DNA from: Syntrophorhabdaceae bacterium
GTDB taxonomy: Bacteria; Desulfobacterota; Syntrophorhabdia; Syntrophorhabdales; Syntrophorhabdaceae
DNA length: 64,000 bases
NCBI GenBank assembly: GCA_963666485.2
Contig: CAXXUO010000001.1
Location: forward strand, 416,001 to 480,000
Direction of reading: 5' to 3'
Made by a program: the position numbers and the translations under genes. The notes below the pieces were generated by a model. It saw only the letters and a program-made list of their open reading frames with translations. It was not told the DNA's origin and ran no database searches. The stretch's first letter is position 1, and every line of letters starts with the position of its first letter. Below are positions 1 through 8,485 of this stretch, piece by piece.

Positions 1-525
1 TTCAAGATCGTTGACGAAAATAACGTGACCGTGAAAGCCGGCGAGCCGGGCGAACTGTGCGTCCGCGGGAACGGCGTCATGCGCGAATACTACAAAAACC
101 CCGAAGCGACGAAGAAAAGCCTTATCGACGGCTGGCTCATGACCGGCGACATGGCGCGTGTAGACGAAGACGGATTCATCTGGCTCGTCGACAGGAAGAA
201 GGACATCATCATCACCGGCGGCGAGAACGTCTTCCCCGTCGAAGTCGAGGATTTCTTCTATACCAACCCGAAGATCAAGGACGCCGCAGCGATAGGCATT
301 CCCGATGACCGCCTTGGCGAGATCGTCACCGTCGTTATCGAGCTCAAACCGGGCGAGACAATGACCGAAGAAGAAGCGATCAAGTTCTGCGAGCCGCTGC
401 CGCGGTACAAGAGGCCGAGGAAGGTCTTCTTCGCCCCTGTGCCCCGCAACCCGACCGGCAAGATCGAGAAACCCAAACTGAGAAAGCAGTTCTCAGGCAT
501 GGAAGAGGCATTCAAGGTCAAATAA
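1..525 (+). CDS. Acyl-CoA synthetase / AMP-binding enzyme, C-terminal part (5' end lies before the window)
   Basis: Adenylate-forming motifs GELCVRG, GWLMTGDMA, DRKKDIIITGGENVFP and PRNPTGKI. The frame is open from base 1. Confidence 0.9.
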   Translation, partial: FKIVDENNVTVKAGEPGELCVRGNGVMREYYKNPEATKKSLIDGWLMTGDMARVDEDGFIWLVDRKKDIIITGGENVFPVEVEDFFYTNPKIKDAAAIGIPDDRLGEIVTVVIELKPGETMTEEEAIKFCEPLPRYKRPRKVFFAPVPRNPTGKIEKPKLRKQFSGMEEAFKVK

Positions 526-543
526 GGAACGAAACGTACGGAA

Positions 544-573
544 GGCCGGGACGAAAGTCCCGGCCCTTCTTTT
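544..573 (+). terminator. Rho-independent terminator
   Basis: GGCCGGGAC-GAAA-GTCCCGGCC hairpin followed by CTTCTTTT, just after the synthetase stop. Confidence 0.75.
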
Positions 574-600
574 ATAAACTCGTTCGGAAGAGGATCGAAA

Positions 601-1293
601 GTGTCTCCAAAAAAGCGTACCCTCGAAGAAACAATCGGCTACCACTTCAAAAACAGGGAGTTGTACAATCAGGCAGTGACCCACAGTTCCTGCTTCAATG
701 AAAAGAGGGATGCCAAGCGCTCCGATAATGAAAAACTTGAATTCCTGGGCGATGCGATCCTCAACACGGTCATCAGCGTAATCCTCTACAAGCGCTTTCG
801 CGGCAGGGACGAGGGCTTCCTGAGCAATGCCCGCTCGAGCCTCGTGAAGCGCGAGACGCTCACCGCCATTGCCAAAGAGATCAACCTCCACCATCACATG
901 AGCTACGGGAACGGGGACGGGGTGGTGCCCGAAGAGTCCAAGGTCCTCTCGAACATGATGGAGGCCCTGATCGGGGCCCTGTACCTCGACAGCGGAATCC
1001 GCAACACCACGAAAGCCATTCGGAAACTCTTTCTGCCCTATTTTACCGAAGAAAAGCTCACCGAAAAGAACCCCAAGAACATCCTGCAGGAGCTTTCCCA
1101 GAAGAAATGGGGAATGCTCCCCCGGTACAAGTTCCCCCGCAAGATCAAGGACGGTTTCGCCGTCATGGTCTTCGTCGGAAAGGATTTCAAGGCGCGCGGC
1201 ACCGGGAAAAGCAAAAAAGAGGCCGAGCAGACGGCGGCGCGTTGCCTTTTGGAAGTACTGGCGGAGCAAGAGCGGGAAGAAGTGACCTGCTAA
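601..1293 (+). CDS. rnc: Ribonuclease III
   Basis: NEKLEFLGDA signature, EALIGALYLDSG, and a C-terminal dsRBD (GTGKSKKEAEQTAA). Confidence 0.95.
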   Translation: MSPKKRTLEETIGYHFKNRELYNQAVTHSSCFNEKRDAKRSDNEKLEFLGDAILNTVISVILYKRFRGRDEGFLSNARSSLVKRETLTAIAKEINLHHHMSYGNGDGVVPEESKVLSNMMEALIGALYLDSGIRNTTKAIRKLFLPYFTEEKLTEKNPKNILQELSQKKWGMLPRYKFPRKIKDGFAVMVFVGKDFKARGTGKSKKEAEQTAARCLLEVLAEQEREEVTC

Positions 1294-1296
1294 AAC

Positions 1297-1363
1297 CGTA
1301 AAACGCAAGACGTAAAACGAAAGCGATTAGTCACATCTTGCGTCTTGCGTCTTGCGTTTTACG
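1297..1363. repeat. Inverted heptamer-repeat pair (ACGCAAG / CTTGCGT units)
   Basis: cgtaaaacgcaagacgtaaaacg pairs with tcttgcgtcttgcgtcttgcgttttacg. The right arm encodes the lnt C-terminus. Confidence 0.8.
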
Positions 1364-2856
1364 ATCATTCCCACCGCAATCATCCCTACCAGCAACCCCA
1401 GACATACGACGATAAAATAGTCCCCATGCCTCACATAAAAGGTTTGAGTATTCTTCAGTGCGTACTTTCCGCGCAGCACCTCTTCCGTGAAAATCGGGGT
1501 CTTGCCCTCAATGCGTCCCCGCGGGTCTATTATGGAGCTGATGCCGGTGTTCGCGGCCCGCAGGATGTACCTGTCGGTCTCGATCGCACGGAAGACGTAG
1601 AAGGCGAAATGCTGGTACGGGGCGGATGTCCTGTTGTACCATGCGTCATTCGTCAGGTTGACGAGGACCTCAGCACCCTGCCGTACGGTCTCGTTCGTAA
1701 TGTAGGGGAAGATGCCCTCAAAGCAGATGAGGACGCCGATCTTGCCCACGTCCGTTTCGATGGGAAAGTGCCCCTCGCCGGGCTTGAAATCGGCGCCTAT
1801 CGCCGTCAGTTTCGCGAGGAACGGGAAGTAGGAGACCACCGGGGTGTATTCCCCGAACGGAACGAGGTGGACCTTGTTGTATATCCCGGTCGTATAGCCG
1901 CCGGAGTCGACATAGCGGACCGTGTTGAGCAGGTTGCCGGTGCTCAGGATCCCCACGGTGCCATAGAGCAGGCGGGACTTGAGCAAAACGGGGACGGATT
2001 TCACGTACCTGTACGCGGCCGGGTCCTTCTCAAGCAGGAACGGCATGGCCGTCTCCGGCCATATGATGATGTCCGCCCCCTGTGCGAGGCCGAAGCTCAG
2101 CCGGTAATACTTGTTCACCGTCATCATCTTGGACGATTCGTCCCACTTGATGTCCTGACCGATATTCCCCTGGACGATCGCGGCCTCGAATTTGACAGGG
2201 TCCCGGTCCTTGAGCCTCACGAAGCCGTATGCGAGGGACGAGGCAAAAAGGGCGGCGATAATAAGGGTGAAGATAACGGGTATCCTCCGGCGGGCCCACA
2301 CCGAGCAGATGATCCCGTTCACCGCAACGATGAGGAAAGAAATAAAGAACGTCCCCGTCACGGACACGACCTCGATCAGATGGAGAAAACCGAACTGGGA
2401 ATGGCCGAGGTATGACCAGGGGAAACCCGTCATGACCACGCCGCGCGCATATTCAAGGATGACCCATAGGGGCGCTGCCGCAAGGTAGACCGGGACGGAT
2501 GCCCTCTTCTCCAGGAAGGCGCAAGATAGCGTGAAAACACCCGAGTAAAGGGAGAGGTATGCAACGAAAAGGACGAGTATCAGGATGCTTAAGGGGATGT
2601 TGATCCCGCCGTACTGGTTCATTGCCACAACGACCCAGTAGATCGTCCCGAGCCAGGCAACGACGCCGGCCGCACAGCCCCTGAAAAAGGACAGACGCAG
2701 GTTGTCTTTATCGATGCTGTATAAAAGCGGCACAAGGGCGATAAAGGCGAGCGGGGAAAGGGATACGGGCGGCTGGACGGTAATGAGCAGGACTCCCGAG
2801 AGCATGGCAAGCCCGTACTGTTTCATGATCTTAGAAAAAAAGCCAGAGCCCGCCAT
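1327..2856 (-). CDS. lnt: Apolipoprotein N-acyltransferase
   Basis: Multi-TM N-terminus, GFPW, QGNI, WPETA, KVHLVPFGEY, ICFE, TNDAW and RAANTGIS nitrilase-fold motifs. Confidence 0.95.
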   Translation of the reverse strand: MAGSGFFSKIMKQYGLAMLSGVLLITVQPPVSLSPLAFIALVPLLYSIDKDNLRLSFFRGCAAGVVAWLGTIYWVVVAMNQYGGINIPLSILILVLFVAYLSLYSGVFTLSCAFLEKRASVPVYLAAAPLWVILEYARGVVMTGFPWSYLGHSQFGFLHLIEVVSVTGTFFISFLIVAVNGIICSVWARRRIPVIFTLIIAALFASSLAYGFVRLKDRDPVKFEAAIVQGNIGQDIKWDESSKMMTVNKYYRLSFGLAQGADIIIWPETAMPFLLEKDPAAYRYVKSVPVLLKSRLLYGTVGILSTGNLLNTVRYVDSGGYTTGIYNKVHLVPFGEYTPVVSYFPFLAKLTAIGADFKPGEGHFPIETDVGKIGVLICFEGIFPYITNETVRQGAEVLVNLTNDAWYNRTSAPYQHFAFYVFRAIETDRYILRAANTGISSIIDPRGRIEGKTPIFTEEVLRGKYALKNTQTFYVRHGDYFIVVCLGLLVGMIAVGMIVKRKTQDARCD

Positions 2857-2904
2857 ACCGATGTAAACCTCCGTTACGAAATGATGCCGTTCTTTTGTTC
2901 CCGG

Positions 2905-3366
2905 TCAGGAAAGTTCAGCCGCGAGCGCCAGGAAATCGGGGTCGTCACGAACGAGCCCCATCAGTTTTTTCTCCCGGTACCGCATCTTCCGCGCCTCGGG
3001 GCCGCCCCCGACGTGATCATATCCCAGGATATGCACGAGGCCGTGGACGATAAGGCTAAGGAGCCTTTCGTAAAAAGGGATACCGGCGTTGCGGGCCTCC
3101 TCGGCGGCGCGCTCAACCGAGACGATTATGTCCCCGAGGGCCTCGCCGGGCATGCCGTCGAGATAGGAAAACGAGATCACGTTGGTCGGATGGTCTTTCC
3201 CGAAGAATTCCCTGTTCATGACGGTGATCTTCCTGTCATCAACAAGAAGAATGCTCAGGTCCCTATCCTGAAGCTTTAAAGAGGCCAGTAATTCCCCGGT
3301 TACGCTCGCGATTCGCTTTCGCTCGATCTTCATCAGTCTTTGGGAGTTTTTTATCAGTACCGCCAT
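2905..3366 (-). CDS. ybeY: rRNA maturation endoribonuclease YbeY
   Basis: PTNVISF, GDIIVS and the HGLVHILGYDH zinc motif. Confidence 0.95.
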   Translation of the reverse strand: MAVLIKNSQRLMKIERKRIASVTGELLASLKLQDRDLSILLVDDRKITVMNREFFGKDHPTNVISFSYLDGMPGEALGDIIVSVERAAEEARNAGIPFYERLLSLIVHGLVHILGYDHVGGGPEARKMRYREKKLMGLVRDDPDFLALAAELS

Positions 3367-4969
3367 TCTGTGTCCTTTCCGGATATTCGACGCGATGATG
3401 GAAGATTCCGATGAGAATGGTGATGAAGCTCCTCTGGATCGCGTGGAGGTCCTTCAGCGTCAGCTCGCATTCGTCAAGCTGGCCGTCAAGGAATATGTTC
3501 TCGATGATGCGCTGCACGTGGAGCTCGATCCTTTTTGGTGTAGGATCGTCGAGCACCCGGGAAGCGGCCTCCGCGGCATCCGCCAGCATGATGATGCCGG
3601 CCTCTTTTGTCTGGGGCTTCGGGCCCGGATAGCGAAAATCCTTTTCCTCGATGACATGCAGCGACGGGTCTTCCTGCTCTTTCGCCTTGGTGTAAAAAAA
3701 GCTTGTGAGCGATGTGCCGTGATGCTGTTTGATAATAGCGGTCAATTTGCGCCCGAGCTTGTATTCTTTCGCGAGTTCGACGCCTTCCTTGACATGGGAC
3801 ATGATTATGAGGGAGCTCATGCTCGGGGTGATGCCCGCGTGGGCGTCATCCCCGGCCACCCTGTTCTCTATGTAATAGCGGGGCATCTTCAATTTTCCAA
3901 TGTCATGGTAGTATGAAGCGACCCGGGTCAAAAGCGGATGGGCCCCGATGGCCTCCGCGGCCGCCTTCGACAGGTTGCCCACTACGATGCTGTGATGGTA
4001 CGTCCCCGGGGCATTGAGCATCATGTCGCCCAGCAGCGGGTGTTCGAGGTTGGCAAGTTCCAGGAGCTTGATATCGGTCGTATAATCAAATATGTTCTCG
4101 ATGACCGGAAGGATGCCAAGCACGATGAAACTCCCGGCGATCCCGTTGATGAGAACGAGTGTGACCCTTAAAGAGACACTGCCGGCCGACCGCCCCGTAA
4201 AGACATCGCTCGCAAGCATGAAAAGGCACATCAGGAAGGCCGTGTAGAGCCCGGCCTTGAGTATCGTGTTCCGGTTTTCGCATTTCCCGGAAAAATACGC
4301 CCCCAGTATCGAACCGGCGAATGTGTAGAGGAAAACCCTGAGGCTGTTCTCAAAAGCGAAGGCGAGCGTCGCGGCGTAGACAACCGAAAAGATGATCGCG
4401 ATCTCTGAAAAGAGCACGATACGGATAACCATCGCAAAGACAAAAACAGGGATGACGTAGAAAAGATCTTCGAGACGGCTCTGCGCGTAGCTCTCGAAGA
4501 TCAGGTAGAACGATTTGACGAGAACTACGCAGAACACGGTGAATATCGCGCAGAAGACGAGGTCTCTCTTCGACAGGTAGAATTTTTTTATGTTCTTCTC
4601 GGAGTATTCATACAGGATCGCGACGAGCAGGAAAAGTAGTACGAATACAGCCAGGAATTTCTTCACGACGAAGAAGTCGCGGCGTTCGAGGCTATTGTAT
4701 GCCGCTATTTTTCCCATCTGGCCCGCCGTGATCCTCTCGCCTTCGCGTACAATAACCTCTCCGCGCTTGACGGTGATGTCCGTTCCCGGAACGGTGAAAT
4801 CAATCGGGGCCTTTAAATTCTCCCGCGCGATATCGCCGAGCTGGTATTCGACCATGAAAAACGGGTTTTTGACGCTGACGAGAAGCGCTAACGCCACGGC
4901 AAGGCTGAGGAGGATCAGGAGCTTCCCGTAGCGCACGTACGAGGGAGGTTTATCCTTTCCATTCTGCAT
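3263..4969 (-). CDS. 7TM-HD (HDIG) membrane phosphohydrolase, PgpH-like
   Basis: APGTYHHS, YYHDIGK, HHGT, FRYPGPKPQTKE and MLADAAEAA motifs, multiple TM helices, and the phoH-HD-ybeY-lnt gene order. The tail overlaps ybeY by about 100 nt. Confidence 0.9.
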   Translation of the reverse strand: MQNGKDKPPSYVRYGKLLILLSLAVALALLVSVKNPFFMVEYQLGDIARENLKAPIDFTVPGTDITVKRGEVIVREGERITAGQMGKIAAYNSLERRDFFVVKKFLAVFVLLFLLVAILYEYSEKNIKKFYLSKRDLVFCAIFTVFCVVLVKSFYLIFESYAQSRLEDLFYVIPVFVFAMVIRIVLFSEIAIIFSVVYAATLAFAFENSLRVFLYTFAGSILGAYFSGKCENRNTILKAGLYTAFLMCLFMLASDVFTGRSAGSVSLRVTLVLINGIAGSFIVLGILPVIENIFDYTTDIKLLELANLEHPLLGDMMLNAPGTYHHSIVVGNLSKAAAEAIGAHPLLTRVASYYHDIGKLKMPRYYIENRVAGDDAHAGITPSMSSLIIMSHVKEGVELAKEYKLGRKLTAIIKQHHGTSLTSFFYTKAKEQEDPSLHVIEEKDFRYPGPKPQTKEAGIIMLADAAEAASRVLDDPTPKRIELHVQRIIENIFLDGQLDECELTLKDLHAIQRSFITILIGIFHHRVEYPERTQNGGTDKKLPKTDEDRAKANRERNRGITGLFKASG

Positions 4970-5954
4970 TCTTGGACCCCTCCAATTCCAGCCGCCGCGC
5001 CTCGTATGCCTTGATTATCTTCTGCACCAGGGGATGGCGCACAACGTCTTTTTCGGTAAAATGCACAAATTTTATCCCTTTGATATCCCTCAGGATAGTC
5101 CTTACCTCCACGAGCCCGCTCGTTTTTTTGTCGGGAAGGTCGATCTGGGTGATATCGCCGGTGATCACGGTCTTCGATGAGAACCCGAGCCGTGTGAGGA
5201 ACATTTTCATCTGTTCGGAGGCCGTATTCTGTGCCTCATCGAGTATGATAAAGGCATCGTTGAGCGTCCTGCCGCGCATGAACGCGAGAGGCGCTATCTC
5301 TATGACGCCCCTTTCTATCAGCCGTGTCGCCCTGTCCATGTCGACCATGTCGTACAGGGCATCGTAGAGCGGCCGCAGGTACGGGTTCACCTTCTCATAC
5401 ATGGTCCCCGGAAGGTACCCCAGCTTCTCACCCGCCTCGATCGCCGGGCGCGTAAGAACGATCCGCGAGACCTCCCTTCTGTAATAAGCCGCCAGCGCCA
5501 TGGCCATGGCGAGGTAGGTCTTGCCGGTTCCCGCGGGCCCGATGCCGATAACGACATCATATTTTTTCATGGCGTGCACGTATTGACGCTGGTTCTTGCT
5601 TTTGGGCGTGATGAGCTTTTTCGAGCCGGCTATGTAGACCTGGTCTTTTTCGATATCGGGTGTCGCCTGGTGGGCGTTCACGACAAACCTCACCGCATGG
5701 TCGATATCGGAGGCGCTGACCGGAAAACCTTTCTTTACAATACCATGGAGCTCGTTAATGACCTTCCCCGAATCCTCGATATCCTTCTTGCCGCCGATAA
5801 GGGTCAGGTGGTTTCCCCGGATGCTCGCCTTGATATTGAAATATTTCTTGAGATATTTGATGTTTTCTTCACGCGGCCCGAACAGACTTCTCGCCACGTT
5901 TATATCATCGAAGGATAGTCGTAAAAATCCTTCATCAGTTTTCTCTTCCAACAA
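4950..5954 (-). CDS. phoH: PhoH family ATPase (KH-PhoH / YbeZ)
   Basis: GPAGTGKT, RPAIEAGEKLGYLPG, AFMRGRTL, DEAQN and GDITQIDLP. Confidence 0.95.
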   Translation of the reverse strand: MLEEKTDEGFLRLSFDDINVARSLFGPREENIKYLKKYFNIKASIRGNHLTLIGGKKDIEDSGKVINELHGIVKKGFPVSASDIDHAVRFVVNAHQATPDIEKDQVYIAGSKKLITPKSKNQRQYVHAMKKYDVVIGIGPAGTGKTYLAMAMALAAYYRREVSRIVLTRPAIEAGEKLGYLPGTMYEKVNPYLRPLYDALYDMVDMDRATRLIERGVIEIAPLAFMRGRTLNDAFIILDEAQNTASEQMKMFLTRLGFSSKTVITGDITQIDLPDKKTSGLVEVRTILRDIKGIKFVHFTEKDVVRHPLVQKIIKAYEARRLELEGSKNAEWKG

Positions 5955-6042
5955 TCCTCTCTTTCTCCCGTAATATTAATCATTAATATAGCACAAATCA
6001 CCATTTTGCAACAGAATCTTAGCTAATCGGAAAAGACTGAAG

Positions 6043-6346
6043 GACGCCCTCTCTCGCCCGTTCGTCGCTTGCGCTCCTCTCTAGAGTCCCCAGAGTTCGC
6101 GGAGAAAGGCGGAGGCCGCGGGAGTCCGGAGCCGACCAGGCTCCCGCGGCACTTCGATCCTGCCCTTCAGGCAGGATGGACCGCTTGGACCGTTAATTTC
6201 CTTGTATTGTTTTTTTCTTTTCCTCGGCGAAGCCGATGAAAGCGCCGGCTGGTCGTGGTCGGCTCCGCGACCAGCCGGCAAAGTCTTTTTCCTTCGCAGT
6301 TCTCTGTGTTCTCTGTGAGCTCGAGCGAAGCGGGCGAGAGGGTGTC
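6043..6346. repeat. About 300-bp structured palindromic element (MITE-like or structured RNA) in a divergent promoter region
   Basis: Terminal inverted repeats ctctcgcccg (6051-6060) and cgggcgagag (6331-6340). Internal hairpins gccgcgggag..ctcccgcggc and gccggctggtcg..cgaccagccggc, plus a ttctctgtg tandem repeat. Confidence 0.6.
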
Positions 6347-6404
6347 TTTTCTTTTCACCGTGAACTGTTTGAAATTGCAGATGGATTTGTATAGAATATG
6401 CGTC

Positions 6405-7646
6405 ATGCATAAGGTCCTGATCATTGACGACGAAAAGAATATCCTCGACTCGCTTTCGGCGGTGCTCGAGGATGAAGGCTTTGCGGTATCCCGGGCCATG
6501 GACGGCAAGCAAGGCCTGGCGATCTTTGACAGCGAGGCCCCGGACGTGGTCCTTCTCGATGTCTGGATGCCCGAGATGGACGGGATCCAGGTGCTCAAAG
6601 AGATAAAGACCAGGGACAACGACGCGCGGGTCGTCGTGATATCGGGCCACGGGACGATATCGACCGCGGTCGAGGCGGTCAAGATGGGGGCCTACGATTT
6701 CCTCGAAAAGCCGCTTTCCATCGACAAGGTACTCGAAGTGGTGTATCGCAGTATCGGCGCGGATTCCCCTGAGTCACCCGATGTCAAGGATTTCAAGTTC
6801 GAGGCGTCACCCGGGGTCGAGGTCAGGCAAAAAACGATCGGGAAAAGCACGGTCGTGTATGGCGTCGGCCTTCATTCCGGCGTCAAGACAGGCATGATCC
6901 TCCTGCCCATGCCTGAAAACACCGGCATCATCTTTGAAACGATACCTGACGGCGAAAGGATCCCGGCGTATATCGACTATGTTTTTTCAGTCGGGTATGC
7001 CTCATCGCTCAAGGGCAAGAACAACATCGTTCGCACGGTGGAACACCTCCTGTCGGCCTGCCACATGTATGGGATCACGAACCTCCTCGTCAAGGTGAGC
7101 GAAGAGGTCCCCATCCTCGACGGATCGGCGATAGAGATCTGCACCAAGATCGATGAGGCAGGGATAGTCACACAGTCCGACGGCATTCAGCCGCTCGTCA
7201 TCGCGGACAGGGTCGAGCTCGGGAATCTTCAGAACGGAAAGTACATCGTGGCAGAGCCGTCCGACTCCTTCGAGATCAATTACCATCTCGAGCAGGCAAA
7301 ACCCATCGGCACCCAGGATTATCGCTTCCGCGGCGACACCAGGGATTACGTCGCGAACATAGCCCCCGCACGGACATTCGGTTTTTTGAAAGATTTCGAG
7401 CAGCTGACCAAGATGGGTCTCGGCACCGGCGGAAGGATAAACAATTTCATCATTATCGGTGACGATGAGGTCATAAACACAAAGCTGCGTTTTGACGATG
7501 AGTTCGTGCGCCACAAGGTGCTCGACCTCATCGGCGACATATACCTTCTCAATCGCCCCATTATCGGGAAGATCACCGCCCGCCAGACCGGCCACGTGGA
7601 AAACATCGCACTGGTAAAGGAATTGAAAAACCGGTTCCTAAAATAA
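6405..7646 (+). CDS. lpxC: Response-regulator receiver domain fused to UDP-3-O-acyl-GlcNAc deacetylase (REC-LpxC)
   Basis: N-terminal IIDDE..LLDVWMP..ISGHG..EKP receiver. C-terminal GVGLHSG, TVEHLLSA, PILDGSA, IAPARTFGF, HKVLDLIGD and GH LpxC motifs. Single frame; ATG 6405 chosen as start. Confidence 0.9.
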   Translation: MHKVLIIDDEKNILDSLSAVLEDEGFAVSRAMDGKQGLAIFDSEAPDVVLLDVWMPEMDGIQVLKEIKTRDNDARVVVISGHGTISTAVEAVKMGAYDFLEKPLSIDKVLEVVYRSIGADSPESPDVKDFKFEASPGVEVRQKTIGKSTVVYGVGLHSGVKTGMILLPMPENTGIIFETIPDGERIPAYIDYVFSVGYASSLKGKNNIVRTVEHLLSACHMYGITNLLVKVSEEVPILDGSAIEICTKIDEAGIVTQSDGIQPLVIADRVELGNLQNGKYIVAEPSDSFEINYHLEQAKPIGTQDYRFRGDTRDYVANIAPARTFGFLKDFEQLTKMGLGTGGRINNFIIIGDDEVINTKLRFDDEFVRHKVLDLIGDIYLLNRPIIGKITARQTGHVENIALVKELKNRFLK

Positions 7647-7650
7647 AAAT

Positions 7651-7782
7651 CGTTCCACGTTCCACGTTCCACGTTCCACGTTAAGAGACCTGATATCCCA
7701 ATAAATGGCGGGAACCTTTACAACAATTATCGTGAAATTCTTTGTCTTTTAACGTGGAACGTGGAACTTGGAACGTGGAACG
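7651..7782. repeat. Inverted heptamer-repeat pair (TTCCACG)x4 ... (CGTGGAA)x4 between convergent genes
   Basis: 7651-7682 and 7751-7782 are near-perfect reverse complements. Confidence 0.9.
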
Positions 7783-7786
7783 GTCT

Positions 7787-8485
7787 TTATCTTTCCACCA
7801 CATCCTTCTTCCCCTCCGGCTTGTAGATGAACTTGCCGTCGTTGATCGTTGGATTTACCTTGATGTCGGAGAATTCTATCGTGTTGATGTTTCCGGTGAA
7901 TTCGAGGATCTCTATTTTCCTCAAGAGGTTGTTCTTATCGATCCAGAGCTTTGCCAGGTTGACGGACGAGTCTTTTTTCGGGACGAGCTCGAAATACTGC
8001 ATTCCGGCTATCATGCTCTGCTGTTTGACCGTGAAGAGGTTGTCGATGCGGGCAATGTCCTCGACGAGGTCGAAGAAGGTCCCGCCTGTCTTTTCTGCGC
8101 TTACCTTATTTTTCAGGACAAAAGGCTTGTCATCTTCTTCCTGCCACATGTACCGACCGTCATAGAGAAAGAGCTTTCCTTTCGGCTTCGTGTATTTCCA
8201 GATGAATCCCTTGTGCCTCTTGAAAAAGAAATCACCGTCTGCATCCCGTATCTTCTTAATGCTCGCGACGAAGATCTTCTGGTGAAACGACGCCTCCAGG
8301 GAATTTATGCCCGCATACGTTTTTTTAAGGGAATCGAACGGGGACGCTGCCCCGCCCGTTTTTGACTCTTGAGCTATGGACGGCTGTCCTATCAGAATAA
8401 AAACAAAAACCGTGCAAAGAACTGCCCCGACCAACCTCAGATCCGCTTTCTTCCTGCCCTTTCTGTTCATCAATGCTCCGTTCAT
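7787..8485 (-). CDS. lolA: Outer-membrane lipoprotein carrier LolA family protein
   Basis: Signal peptide, SLEASFHQ, FIWKYTKP, YDG, NTIEFSDIKVN..F; directly downstream of ftsK. Confidence 0.85.
   Translation of the reverse strand: MNGALMNRKGRKKADLRLVGAVLCTVFVFILIGQPSIAQESKTGGAASPFDSLKKTYAGINSLEASFHQKIFVASIKKIRDADGDFFFKRHKGFIWKYTKPKGKLFLYDGRYMWQEEDDKPFVLKNKVSAEKTGGTFFDLVEDIARIDNLFTVKQQSMIAGMQYFELVPKKDSSVNLAKLWIDKNNLLRKIEILEFTGNINTIEFSDIKVNPTINDGKFIYKPEGKKDVVER

Noticed and set aside
6081..6682. Antisense ORFs 6081-6650 and 6167-6682, and the 6255 N-terminal extension of REC-LpxC
   Set aside because: They are shadows of the receiver domain or translations of the palindromic repeat element, and have no RBS.
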